64,000 bases of DNA, from positions 4,668 to 68,667 of the forward strand of contig CAYTLN010000002.1 in the NCBI GenBank assembly GCA_964438845.1. Reading direction: 5' to 3'. The notes beneath the pieces were generated by a model that saw only the letters and a program-made list of their open reading frames with translations, ran no database searches and had not been told where the DNA came from. The stretch comes from an uncultured Gammaproteobacteria bacterium (GTDB lineage Bacteria; Patescibacteriota; Patescibacteriia; Patescibacteriales; Patescibacteriaceae). Below, one piece after another: positions 43,329 through 52,789 of this stretch (positions are counted from its first letter, which is position 1; every line of letters begins with the position of its first letter). The translations under genes and the position numbers were made by a program.

Positions 43329-44018
43329 ATGATTTCAATCATCATTCCAATTTACAACCAAGCGAGCAAGGTCGACGATTGCCTCAAGAGCATCTTGTCA
43401 CAATCGTATGCGGACTGGGAAGTGATCCTGGTCAATGACGGTTCGACCGACGATATCGAGTCTGTCGTCGCGCATTGGAAGGAGAAGTTTCCTGAAGGTC
43501 GCTTCGAGTATTTTTCTAAAGAGAACGAGGGCTCGAATCCTACGCGCAATTTCGGGTTCGACCATTCGAGAGGGGATTACCTGCTATTCTGCGATGCGGA
43601 TATCACGATGCGGGATGACATGCTTGAAAAGATGAAGGAAGCTCTCGATGAGCATCCCGATAAAAGCTTTGCCTATTGTTCGTTTATGTACGGCCGCAAG
43701 CTTTTCCGTCTCTTCGAGTATTCGGAAGAACGTCTCCGGAAGATGCCTTTTATCCACGCCAGCTCGCTCATCCGTCGGGAGCATTTTCCGGGTTTTGACA
43801 ATACGATCCGCCGCCTACAGGACTGGGATGTCTGGCTGACCATGCTGAATCAGGGACATACGGGCATCTGGATTCCGGAAACGCTGTTTACGGTCAAGAC
43901 TGGGGGACATATCAGTTCCTGGGTTCCGAAAGCGGCTTATAAGCTTTTGCCGTTCTTGCCCGCCGTTAAGAAATATAAAGAAGCCATGGTCCATATCAAG
44001 CGAAAGCACTCTTTATGA
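43329..44018 (+). CDS. glycosyltransferase family 2
   Basis: 229 aa. ISIIIPIYNQ, VNDGSTDD and FCDADI. Confidence 0.88.
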   Translation: MISIIIPIYNQASKVDDCLKSILSQSYADWEVILVNDGSTDDIESVVAHWKEKFPEGRFEYFSKENEGSNPTRNFGFDHSRGDYLLFCDADITMRDDMLEKMKEALDEHPDKSFAYCSFMYGRKLFRLFEYSEERLRKMPFIHASSLIRREHFPGFDNTIRRLQDWDVWLTMLNQGHTGIWIPETLFTVKTGGHISSWVPKAAYKLLPFLPAVKKYKEAMVHIKRKHSL

Positions 44019-44464
44019 AGCATGTTATTTCGAGCCTGGTCCTGTGCGCGCTTATTGCCGGAGGCTTTTTTCTTCTTAAGTCTCCTGGTCTTCCGCCTGC
44101 TCCTTCGGCGGTCGAAATGAAATTGAACGACTTGCCGATTCGTTTGGATATGGCAGTCACTTCCGAAGCTCAGTATCAAGGCTTGAGTGATCGCGAAGAT
44201 CTCTGCCGCCAATGCGGCATGTTGTTTACGTTCGATTCCCCGAGAGAACATACGTTTGTGATGCGACGGATGAAGTTTCCTCTCGATATCGTCTGGATCC
44301 GCAGCGGCCGTATCCTTCGCATCGATCGAAATCTCGCTCCGGAATCCGCGGAACCCTATACGCCATATCCTTCAGGCGCGCCAGTCGATCAAGTCCTTGA
44401 ATTGAAAGCGGGGGGAGCTGGTTTGTATGGATTGCAAGAGGGAGCAGCTTTTAATCTTCAATAA
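44015..44464 (+). CDS. DUF192 domain protein
   Basis: 149 aa. Signal/TM anchor. GLSDRE...GMLFTFDSPREHTFVMRRMKFPLDIVWI. Confidence 0.75.
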   Translation: MKHVISSLVLCALIAGGFFLLKSPGLPPAPSAVEMKLNDLPIRLDMAVTSEAQYQGLSDREDLCRQCGMLFTFDSPREHTFVMRRMKFPLDIVWIRSGRILRIDRNLAPESAEPYTPYPSGAPVDQVLELKAGGAGLYGLQEGAAFNLQ

Positions 44465-44467
44465 TAT

Positions 44468-45976
44468 ATGACACCTAAGCGCATCATCTCTATTGCTTTT
44501 TTCGGTTCATTAGGGGCGCTGATTCTTTCAGCGATCGGCTGGCATGAGCCGATTGTCCAGACAATCGTTTTTGCTATTATCCTTGGCGCGACGTTAGTAT
44601 GCTCGTTAGTCGATATCCGATACGGTTTCATCATCGCGGGAGCTGAACTCGCCATCGGATCTCAGGGCTATATCTTCTCTCTTGGCGGACCGGAACAGGG
44701 CATGTCCGTGCGCATCGGTATCTGGGTGATTATCATGGCGGTTTGGGCGGGACGTAAGCTTATCTCCCTCATGCGCCGCGAAACATCGATCCGTAAAATC
44801 TTTTCGATTCCTTTTGCCTGGCCCCTGCTCGCTCTCGCGGTCAGTCTCGGCATCAGCGTGGTTGTCGCGCTGCTCTATGGAAACGATCCGGCATTCGTAT
44901 TTCTCGAAGCTAAGCGTTGGTTATACGGCTTGATCCTGCTTCCGTTCTTGCAAGCCTTCCGCACTCGCGACGATATGAAGCTCTTCTTGAGCGGATTTGC
45001 GGGAGCAGTCGGAGCGCTCGCCGTGACCACAATCGGATTGACGTATCTTTTCTCTCATGACTTCGCGCCGTTCATGTTCGACGTCTATACGTGGCTTCGG
45101 GATACGCTGCTCGCCGAAATCACTCCCGGCCCGAGCGGTTTCTCGCGCATCTTCGCGCAGTCGCAGGTATATCTTGTTCCCGCCTGCCTGGTCGGAGGCG
45201 CTTGGGCCGTTGAGCGTTATGCAGCGGGTCGCAAGAAAGCCGCCATCCTTATCCTGAGTGCGTCGGCCGTCTGCGTTACGGCCCTGGTGGCAAGTTTATC
45301 GAGAAGCTTATGGATCGGCACCGCTGTCGCGGGGATTGTCGGCATGCTTCTTAGCGCCATATACGGCCGGCCTCGCTGGAAGGACATCGGGCGTTCCGTC
45401 CTCATGTGGTTGGCCGGACTGGCCATGGCTGTTCTTGTGCTTGGACTCGCTGTGAGATTCCCGTTCCCTCAGCCGCTCGGTCAGGCCGGATTGTCGGTCT
45501 TGGCGGAGCGAGCCAATAGCTCTGAAGCGGCCGCGGCGTCGCGTTGGTCGTTATTGCCGGTCATGGCAAACCAGATCCTCGTTTCTCCGATCTGGGGCAA
45601 CGGGCTCGGAAAGACATTGACATACATGACAAGCGATCCGCGGATAACGCGTACGACTGTCAACGGAGAATACACGACGTATGCGTTCGAATGGGGTTGG
45701 CTTGATGTAGCGATGAAGTCTGGCTTGCTCGGCTTGGCTGCGTATTTCTGGCTGCTCTGGTCGATCGGGGTTTCGGGCTTCCGGCTGATCCGCTACCATT
45801 ATCTTGCCGGCATTTCGGTGTTTATGGGCGTGATCGCGATTGCGGCCGTGCATTTTTTCACTCCATACTTGAATCATCCGCTCGGGTTCATGTATCTTGC
45901 GATCCTCGTAGCGGTGACCCAGGCCTTCGCGCCTCCGGTCGTAACGGCGTCAGGGGACCGGGTTGCCAAAACCTGA
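44468..45976 (+). CDS. O-antigen ligase/Wzy-like polytopic membrane protein
   Basis: 502 aa with 12 or more TM segments. LSRSLWIGTAVAGIVG-type Wzy_C region. Confidence 0.68.
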   Translation: MTPKRIISIAFFGSLGALILSAIGWHEPIVQTIVFAIILGATLVCSLVDIRYGFIIAGAELAIGSQGYIFSLGGPEQGMSVRIGIWVIIMAVWAGRKLISLMRRETSIRKIFSIPFAWPLLALAVSLGISVVVALLYGNDPAFVFLEAKRWLYGLILLPFLQAFRTRDDMKLFLSGFAGAVGALAVTTIGLTYLFSHDFAPFMFDVYTWLRDTLLAEITPGPSGFSRIFAQSQVYLVPACLVGGAWAVERYAAGRKKAAILILSASAVCVTALVASLSRSLWIGTAVAGIVGMLLSAIYGRPRWKDIGRSVLMWLAGLAMAVLVLGLAVRFPFPQPLGQAGLSVLAERANSSEAAAASRWSLLPVMANQILVSPIWGNGLGKTLTYMTSDPRITRTTVNGEYTTYAFEWGWLDVAMKSGLLGLAAYFWLLWSIGVSGFRLIRYHYLAGISVFMGVIAIAAVHFFTPYLNHPLGFMYLAILVAVTQAFAPPVVTASGDRVAKT

Positions 45977-46024
45977 GGTATATTGTATAGTGCATCTCAT
46001 ATTCATTAACGCTTTCTATATCCT

Positions 46025-46483
46025 ATGGGAGACCAGCAAATTATTTCCGAAGAAGGCTATCATAAGCTCGAAGATGAGCTCCATGCCCTGAGCACGGCGA
46101 AGCGCCGTGAGATTGCCGACCGGATCGAGAAGGCTAAAGAACTCGGCGACTTGAGCGAGAACGCGGAGTATGCCGAAGCTAAGGAAGCCCAGGCATTTAA
46201 CGAGGGCCGTATCGCGGAGATTGCCAGCTTGCTTAAAAATATTACGATCGTGACAGGCGGACACGCCGGAGAAGTCGGCATGGGATCGCGGGTGACCGTT
46301 GAAGCTGATAAGCAGAAGAAAGAATATTTGATCGTCAGTTTCAATGAAGCGGATCCGCTCGAAGGCAAGATTTCGAACGAGTCGCCGCTCGGCATCGCCT
46401 TTGTCGGCCGGAAAGTAGGGGACAAGGTAACTGTCCATACGCCGAAAGGAGATATCCAGTACAAGATCGTTTCTATTTCATAG
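46025..46483 (+). CDS. greA: transcription elongation factor GreA
   Basis: 152 aa. EGYHKLEDELHAL...LGDLSENAEYAEAKEAQAFNEGRIAEI. Confidence 0.93.
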   Translation: MGDQQIISEEGYHKLEDELHALSTAKRREIADRIEKAKELGDLSENAEYAEAKEAQAFNEGRIAEIASLLKNITIVTGGHAGEVGMGSRVTVEADKQKKEYLIVSFNEADPLEGKISNESPLGIAFVGRKVGDKVTVHTPKGDIQYKIVSIS

Positions 46484-46496
46484 CCTTACATGTTAA

Positions 46497-46526
46497 AAGC
46501 CCTCTGAACTAACGTTCGGAGGGCTT
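46497..46526. terminator. bidirectional terminator between convergent genes
   Basis: AAGCCCTCTGAA (46497-46508) pairs with TTCGGAGGGCTT (46515-46526), with one G-U pair and a 6-nt loop. Confidence 0.55.
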
Positions 46527-46543
46527 TGAGTTTATTGACTCTG

Positions 46544-46942
46544 TCAATTTTGGATCGCTGTCTTTGCGGGCATTTCATCATATCCGGTCAAACGGATTAC
46601 GGCCATCAGCATGCATAAGAAGAACCAGTGATCCTGGGCATCAGGCGAATTATTGAAGACGCTACTGAGCTCATTCATCGGAAGTCCGCTAAGCAGCGAA
46701 ACGAAACCAAGAAAAACAACCTTTCCTAGATGATAGAGCAGAAATCCATAGGCTCCGCAGGCGAATAATTTCCACCACATGTTTCCTTTGATCAAGGGCT
46801 TCATGACATAGTTACCGATTGCCCCTAGGAAGGCAAGCAGGAAGAATAATGCGTATGAAGCGGGGGCGTCGATCATCTCACTTGAAAATAGGATCAGCGC
46901 TAAAATCGCAATGATAATCAATATATAATGAACAGCTTTCAT
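46544..46942 (-). CDS. hypothetical membrane protein
   Basis: 132 aa with 4 TM segments. Strong SD GGAGGTG 4 nt before the ATG. AT-richer. Confidence 0.6.
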   Translation of the reverse strand: MKAVHYILIIIAILALILFSSEMIDAPASYALFFLLAFLGAIGNYVMKPLIKGNMWWKLFACGAYGFLLYHLGKVVFLGFVSLLSGLPMNELSSVFNNSPDAQDHWFFLCMLMAVIRLTGYDEMPAKTAIQN

Positions 46943-47054
46943 GAACCACCTCCTGGTGTTTTATTTTTGGATAACATGATTATAAGAACTCTTGCCTTTT
47001 TTGTCAATATTTTTGACGAACGCCTCTATTTAATATAAAATTCAAGCATACATT

Positions 47055-48524
47055 ATGGCTGAAACCAAACCGAGCGAGCGTTCCGATAGGATTGCCAAGC
47101 TTACCGAACTGCGTGCCCACGGCGTCGATCCGTACCCGGCTGTCACCAACCGGGATTATATGATTGGCGACGTTCTGGCGGAATTCTCTGCCCTTGAAGA
47201 AAAGGGCGACAGCTTGACGATCGCCGGCCGCCTGCGCAGCCTCCGCGCTCATGGGAACCTGACATTTGCCGACCTCGAAGATAATTCGGGCAGGATCCAG
47301 CTAGTCTTTTCTAAGAAGGATCTCGAGGGCGACGCGTATAAGACGATTACGAAATATATCGATACCGGCGATTTCCTCGAGGCCGTCGGTCAGGCATTCA
47401 CCACGCAGGCCGGACAGCAGAGCCTCAAAGTATCTTCGTTCCGTCTCCTGACAAAGTCGCTCCGGCCGTTGCCTGATAAATGGCACGGGCTTCAGGACGA
47501 AGAGGAGAAGCTGCGCAAGCGTTACCTCGACATCCTGATGAATCCGGAACTCAAGGAAGTGATCCGCAAGCGCGCCCGATTCTGGCAGTCGATGCGGGAG
47601 TTCCTCGTCGCTCGCGGCTTCCTTGAAGTCGAAACCCCCGTGCTTGAAACGACGACCGGCGGCGCCGACGCGCGCCCGTTCGTCACGCATCATAACGCTC
47701 TCGATATCGACGTCTTCCTTCGAATTTCAGCGGGAGAGCTCTGGCAGAAGCGCTTGATGGTGGCGGGTTTCGATAAGACATTCGAAATCGGCCGCCAATT
47801 CCGCAATGAAGGCATGAGTCATGAACATCTTCAGGACTACACGCAGATGGAATTTTACTGGGGTTATGCCGATTACGAAAAAGGGATGGAGCTCGTACAG
47901 GAATTGTATCGCCATGTCGCCCAGGAAACGTTCGGGACGCTCAAATTCGCCATCGGTGATTTTTCCGTCGACCTCGGTGCCGAGTGGGAAACGTACGACT
48001 ATCGTTCGATCATCAAGGACAAGACGGGCATCGATATCGACACCGCACAGATTTCCGATATCGAAAAGACGCTCAAGAAGCTCAAGATCAACTATGACGA
48101 GAACGGTTTCAATATCACGCGCGCAATCGACAATCTCTGGAAGTTCTGCCGTAAATCGATCGCCGGTCCCGGATTCCTCGTCAACGTTCCGGTGGTGATG
48201 GAACCGCTCGCCAAGCGCAAGACCGATAACCCGGAGCTCGTCCAGCGCTTTCAGGTCATCCTGGCCGGTTCTGAAATGGGCAAAGGCTACAGCGAATTGA
48301 ACGATCCGATCGACCAGGCCGGCCGGTTCGCCGACCAGCAGAAGCTTCGAGATGCGGGCGATGAAGAAGCGCAGATGAATGACAATGAATTCGTCGAAGC
48401 CCTCGAGTACGGAATGCCCCCGACCTGCGGTTTCGGCGTGAGCGAGCGCTTGTTTTCTTTCCTCGCTGACATGTCCGCCCGTGAGGCTCAGATCTTCCCG
48501 TTGATGCGCCCTAAGAACGAATAA
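47055..48524 (+). CDS. lysS: lysine--tRNA ligase (class II)
   Basis: 489 aa. FRNEGMSHEHLQDYTQMEFY (motif 2 region) and GFGVSERL (motif 3 region). Confidence 0.93.
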   Translation: MAETKPSERSDRIAKLTELRAHGVDPYPAVTNRDYMIGDVLAEFSALEEKGDSLTIAGRLRSLRAHGNLTFADLEDNSGRIQLVFSKKDLEGDAYKTITKYIDTGDFLEAVGQAFTTQAGQQSLKVSSFRLLTKSLRPLPDKWHGLQDEEEKLRKRYLDILMNPELKEVIRKRARFWQSMREFLVARGFLEVETPVLETTTGGADARPFVTHHNALDIDVFLRISAGELWQKRLMVAGFDKTFEIGRQFRNEGMSHEHLQDYTQMEFYWGYADYEKGMELVQELYRHVAQETFGTLKFAIGDFSVDLGAEWETYDYRSIIKDKTGIDIDTAQISDIEKTLKKLKINYDENGFNITRAIDNLWKFCRKSIAGPGFLVNVPVVMEPLAKRKTDNPELVQRFQVILAGSEMGKGYSELNDPIDQAGRFADQQKLRDAGDEEAQMNDNEFVEALEYGMPPTCGFGVSERLFSFLADMSAREAQIFPLMRPKNE

Positions 48525-48525
48525 T

Positions 48526-49800
48526 ATGCTCGATATCAAATATATCCGAGAGAACATCGAATCGGTGAAGAAAAATTCGGCTGACCGCTTGGCGACAGCG
48601 GATATCGACACCTTGATCAAGAAGGACGAAGTCTGGCGGATGTTGCAAGCAGAAATCCAGGAGCTGCGTGCCCAGCGCAATAAGGGTTCAAAATCAAAGC
48701 CGACGCCCGAAGAGATAGCGGATATGAAAGTAGTCGGCGATAAGATTGCAAAGTTGGAGGAGCGACAGCTTGTGCTAGGGCTGGAAATCCGCGAACTACT
48801 TCTTGCAGTGCCTAACCTGACTCATCCCGATGTCGTCGTCAGCGATAATGAAGATGACAACCCGGTCTTGGAAACCGTCGGTAAAGTTCCTGATTTCGGT
48901 TTCGAGCCGAAAGACCATGTTGAACTGGGAGAGACCCTCGGCTTGATCGATCTCGAACGGGGGACGAAAGTCGCCGGCGCCAAGTTCTATTATCTTAAAG
49001 ACGAATTGGCCATGCTGCAGATGGCGCTCGTGACGTACGCTCTCAACATCATTTGCAAGAAAGGCTATCGGCTCCTCAACGGCCCCGACATCGCCAAGAC
49101 CGATATCATCGAACGGCTCGGTTATAATCCTCGCGGCGAATCTACGCAGGTGTACCGTTTGGAAGGAGAGGATCTGTCGTTGATCGGCACTTCTGAGATT
49201 ACTCTTGGCGGTTATCATGCTGAAGAAGTGCTTGATGCTTCGATGCTGCCCCTGAAGTATGTTTCCTTTTCACATTGTTTCCGGACAGAAGCCGGAGCCT
49301 ATTCTAAATTCTCAAAAGGCATCTTCCGTGTCCATCAATTCGACAAGGTTGAGATGTTCGCGTTCTGCATGCCTGAAGACGCCGAGAAGATACACCTGGA
49401 AATGCTTTCGATCGAGAAGGATATATTCGCCGGCTTGAAGATCCCGTTTCGGGTTGTTGACCACTGCACTGCCGATCTCGGTAATCCCGCGTATCGGACG
49501 TATGACCTCGAGGCTTGGATGCCCGGGAAGCCGGGCAAGGAGGGCGGTGTAGGAGACTGGGCGGAAATTACCTCGACTTCGAACTGTACCGATTACCAAT
49601 CGCGCGGCCTTAATATCCGCTACCAGAAACCGGACGGCGTTAAGGAATTCGTCTATACTCTCAACGGCACAGGCGTCGCTGTCGGCCGGGCTCTCATCGC
49701 AATTATGGAGAATTACCAGGAGGCCGATGGCTCGATCACGGTACCCAAGGCGCTTCGCGATTTCGTTCCGTTCAAGAAGATTGTCACTCGAACTAAATAG
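48526..49800 (+). CDS. serS: serine--tRNA ligase
   Basis: 424 aa. N-terminal coiled coil. CFRTEAGAYS and TLNGTGVAVGRALIAIMENYQ. Confidence 0.93.
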   Translation: MLDIKYIRENIESVKKNSADRLATADIDTLIKKDEVWRMLQAEIQELRAQRNKGSKSKPTPEEIADMKVVGDKIAKLEERQLVLGLEIRELLLAVPNLTHPDVVVSDNEDDNPVLETVGKVPDFGFEPKDHVELGETLGLIDLERGTKVAGAKFYYLKDELAMLQMALVTYALNIICKKGYRLLNGPDIAKTDIIERLGYNPRGESTQVYRLEGEDLSLIGTSEITLGGYHAEEVLDASMLPLKYVSFSHCFRTEAGAYSKFSKGIFRVHQFDKVEMFAFCMPEDAEKIHLEMLSIEKDIFAGLKIPFRVVDHCTADLGNPAYRTYDLEAWMPGKPGKEGGVGDWAEITSTSNCTDYQSRGLNIRYQKPDGVKEFVYTLNGTGVAVGRALIAIMENYQEADGSITVPKALRDFVPFKKIVTRTK

Positions 49801-49849
49801 CACTCATCGGATTCCTCGCTTTATAGCGGGGAATCTTGTATATGGACGT

Positions 49850-51001
49850 ATGTCAGACCGTTCCCAAAAGATCCAACTCAGCGTCATAAAACAGATCGAA
49901 CTTCTGGCTTCGAAGCGCGCGGATGTCATTTCTCTTGCCCAGGGCATCCCGAGTTTCGATACGCCGGTCGGTATCAAGCGTCGCGCCGAGCGGGCCCTTG
50001 AACAGGGCGTCGCGGCGAAGTACTCGTTATCTCCCGGGCTGCTCGAGCTGCGCGAATTGATTGAAATCAATCTAGCGCATGACAATATGTTCTATGATTG
50101 GGAAACGGAAATAATCGTTACCGCCGGTTCGATCGAGGGTATTACAGCGACGTTACTCGCCCTTACCGATCCCGGCGATGAAGTGATCATCCCTGATCCG
50201 ACATACACGAGCTACCGAGAGGCGATCCGTCTTTCGGGGTGCGAGCCGATCGCCGCGCCTCTCAATGAAGGCGAAGGCTGGTCATTCGATCCGGTTGCTA
50301 TCGAACGAGCGATCACTGACAAGACGAAAGTGATTTTTTATTGCAATCCGAACAATCCGACCGGAACGATCTATTCGCGGGAACAGCTGATCGCGATCGC
50401 CGAGTTGGCGGAGCGGCACGACTTGTATGTCATGGCGGATGAAGTCTATAAGGACTTTACATTTGACGGCACTGAATATTTTTCGCCGGCGATGCTCAAG
50501 CGTTTTCGAAAGCGCTTTATCCGGCTCTTCAGCTTTTCCAAAGCGTTCGCGATGACAGGCTGGAGAGTCGGCTATGTTGCGGCAGATCATGCGTTGACAG
50601 CCGAAATAATCAAGGTCCATGATTGTCTTGTGACCTGTGCGCCGGTCATTTCCCAATATGCCGCTATGGGAGCATTGGAAATGGGCCGTGATTGGATACG
50701 CGAATTCAATGAAGAATATAAGCTCCGTCGCGATATCGTCTGCAACCATCTTGATGCCCTGTCGGAGCATCTAAGCTATGTAAAGCCCCGCGGAGCCTAT
50801 TTCGTGTTTCCGCGCTTGAAGCGATGCGGAAACAGTTTTGAGACGGCGGTCGACATCCTTGATTCAGTCGGCCTCGCGCTCGTACCGGGCTCGGCATTCG
50901 GTGCCCAAGGTGAACATCATCTGCGGATCAGTTTCGGACGGAGCATCAGCGACATCGAGGAAGGCATGGCTCGTCTCCGCCGTTATTTTGAAAAGGTATG
51001 A
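49850..51001 (+). CDS. pyridoxal-phosphate-dependent aminotransferase, class I/II
   Basis: Start at MSDRSQKIQLSVIKQ; the track start at 49727 overlaps serS. NPNNPTG and SFSKAFAMTGWRVGY. Confidence 0.87.
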   Translation: MSDRSQKIQLSVIKQIELLASKRADVISLAQGIPSFDTPVGIKRRAERALEQGVAAKYSLSPGLLELRELIEINLAHDNMFYDWETEIIVTAGSIEGITATLLALTDPGDEVIIPDPTYTSYREAIRLSGCEPIAAPLNEGEGWSFDPVAIERAITDKTKVIFYCNPNNPTGTIYSREQLIAIAELAERHDLYVMADEVYKDFTFDGTEYFSPAMLKRFRKRFIRLFSFSKAFAMTGWRVGYVAADHALTAEIIKVHDCLVTCAPVISQYAAMGALEMGRDWIREFNEEYKLRRDIVCNHLDALSEHLSYVKPRGAYFVFPRLKRCGNSFETAVDILDSVGLALVPGSAFGAQGEHHLRISFGRSISDIEEGMARLRRYFEKV

Positions 51002-51759
51002 AGAAGCTGCTGCGCCTGATGCTCAAGTATTATCTTAATGTCCTGGCACGGATCGTGCTCGTGCGGTGGCGTCCTGCGGTCATTGCGATTGCCGGCAGCG
51101 TCAACAAGACGTTCTTTAAAGATGCGGTCGTAGAACTGCTGCGAAAGGAGAGGATAGCGTGCGCCTCGACATACCATGCGTTCAACACGGAGATCGGCTT
51201 GCCTCTCACTATTCTCGGTTTGCCGAGCGGGTACGAGTCATATCGACGTTGGGCGGGGATCATGGCGCAGGCGCTTATCGCAGCCCTACGGCGCCGTTTA
51301 CCGGCCGTTTTAGTCCTAGAGCTGGGAGCGGACCATTCGGGAGATATCGGCTATCTGACGGGCCTTGTACGGCCTAAAATAGCCATTATTACCGGATTGA
51401 CTAAGCGGTATCTGGAGAATTTCGGCTCGATCTCATCGGCTGTTTCGGAATACGGGACGTTAGCCGCCTCTGTCCCGGCAGGAGGGTTGGTGATCGCTAA
51501 CGCCGATACGCCCGAACTTATGCGTTTGAGCGAAGGGACGAGATCTGCCATCAGCTGGTTCAGCCTAACGGGAGCAGTGGGGGCAACATACCGCGCAACT
51601 AAGATCGAGCGGACGGAGGAGGGAATGGAAGGCGAATACAAAACAGGAGAGACAGTTCGCGGATTTTCTCTTGACCGTTATGGCATGCATCATGTTTCCG
51701 CTTTCCTTGCCGCTCAGGCAGTAGGGGAGCATCTTCACCTTCTCCGTCAGATGCGTTAA
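50998..51759 (+). CDS. MurF-like Mur-ligase fragment (N-terminal/central domain only, altered P-loop)
   Basis: 253 aa. IAGSVNKTF in place of GSNGKTT. NTEIGLPLT, ELGADHSGDIGYLT and GMHHVSAFLAAQAVG. No C-terminal domain. Confidence 0.55.
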   Translation: MKKLLRLMLKYYLNVLARIVLVRWRPAVIAIAGSVNKTFFKDAVVELLRKERIACASTYHAFNTEIGLPLTILGLPSGYESYRRWAGIMAQALIAALRRRLPAVLVLELGADHSGDIGYLTGLVRPKIAIITGLTKRYLENFGSISSAVSEYGTLAASVPAGGLVIANADTPELMRLSEGTRSAISWFSLTGAVGATYRATKIERTEEGMEGEYKTGETVRGFSLDRYGMHHVSAFLAAQAVGEHLHLLRQMR

Positions 51760-51770
51760 GATTAGGGCAT

Positions 51771-52640
51771 ATGATACCGTCACGACGTGAGTCTTTAGCG
51801 CTGCCGCGCGAGCAGCGGCGCCGATATAGCAATCCGTATTTCCAAAGCCGGCGGGCGGACCGTTTCGTGTCGTCGCCCGCGAAAAGCCTTGCCGCGCGTT
51901 TGTCTCCGCGCGTCTGGATGTACGGGGCGATCTTCGTGGTTTTTCTGATCGCCGCATTTTGGGTGATCTGCATCTCTTCATTCTTGCGGATAGATACGAT
52001 CGATGTACGAGGAGCCACGAGCCATGATCCGGCGATGCTCGAATCGCTGGCATGGAATCAGGCGGCAAAGCATCGCCTCTTGTTCTTTTCCCAGGAGCAG
52101 CTCGGACTTTTCGATACGGATGATTTGAAAAAGGAAATCGAGGACCGGTATGCATTTGAATCCGTGAAAGTCTCAAAGCATCTGCCGCGTTCGATCAGGA
52201 TCACTGTTGTAGAAAAAAAGGCCTCTGTCGTCTGGTTCGAAGCGGATGCGTATTATCAGGTCGACGCCGAGGGTTGGATAATCGGGCCGGCAGCCGGTCC
52301 GATTGCGGGCTGGCCGACGCTGTATAACAACGGTGATACGAAAGTTTCAGGCAAGCGGGTAGAAAAGAGCGCGGCGGCGCTGCGTTCCGCCTTAGAGGCA
52401 TCGAGCGAGCTGCCTGTTCGCTTGAGCTCTCTCAATCTCCGTCAGCTGGTGGTGGATAACGATCGGGATACGCTTAAGGTAATCTTCAGTCCCAATGTGA
52501 TCGTCTTCTTCTCGACTGACCAACCGCTCGGATCGCAGCTCGATCGTTTGCAGCTTCTTGTCCAGCAAGAGCTCAAAGATGATTTTAAGAAGCTTTCCTA
52601 TATCGACTTGCGGTATGGGGAGAAAGTTTATTATAAATAA
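51771..52640 (+). CDS. FtsQ/DivIB-like cell division protein (POTRA)
   Basis: 289 aa. Basic N-terminus, one TM, IDTIDVRGA...IRITVVEKKASVVW. Confidence 0.72.
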   Translation: MIPSRRESLALPREQRRRYSNPYFQSRRADRFVSSPAKSLAARLSPRVWMYGAIFVVFLIAAFWVICISSFLRIDTIDVRGATSHDPAMLESLAWNQAAKHRLLFFSQEQLGLFDTDDLKKEIEDRYAFESVKVSKHLPRSIRITVVEKKASVVWFEADAYYQVDAEGWIIGPAAGPIAGWPTLYNNGDTKVSGKRVEKSAAALRSALEASSELPVRLSSLNLRQLVVDNDRDTLKVIFSPNVIVFFSTDQPLGSQLDRLQLLVQQELKDDFKKLSYIDLRYGEKVYYK

Positions 52641-52645
52641 CATAT

Positions 52646-52789
52646 ATGGAAACACCATTCAAGATCCTGTTTTTCGCGGGCATCATCCTGTATTCGGCTA
52701 TCAGCGTCGGAGTTTTTTTGCTGATCATGAGGATTCTTCTTATCTTCAATCCTTCTATCGGCGTGATGGGCATGCAGCTCAGTCTGTAG
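52646..52789 (+). CDS. possible 47-aa membrane peptide
   Basis: Hand translation: METPFKILFFAGIILYSAISVGVFLLIMRILLIFNPSIGVMGMQLSL. No clear SD. Overlaps the convergent gene end by 11 nt. Confidence 0.25.
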   Translation: METPFKILFFAGIILYSAISVGVFLLIMRILLIFNPSIGVMGMQLSL

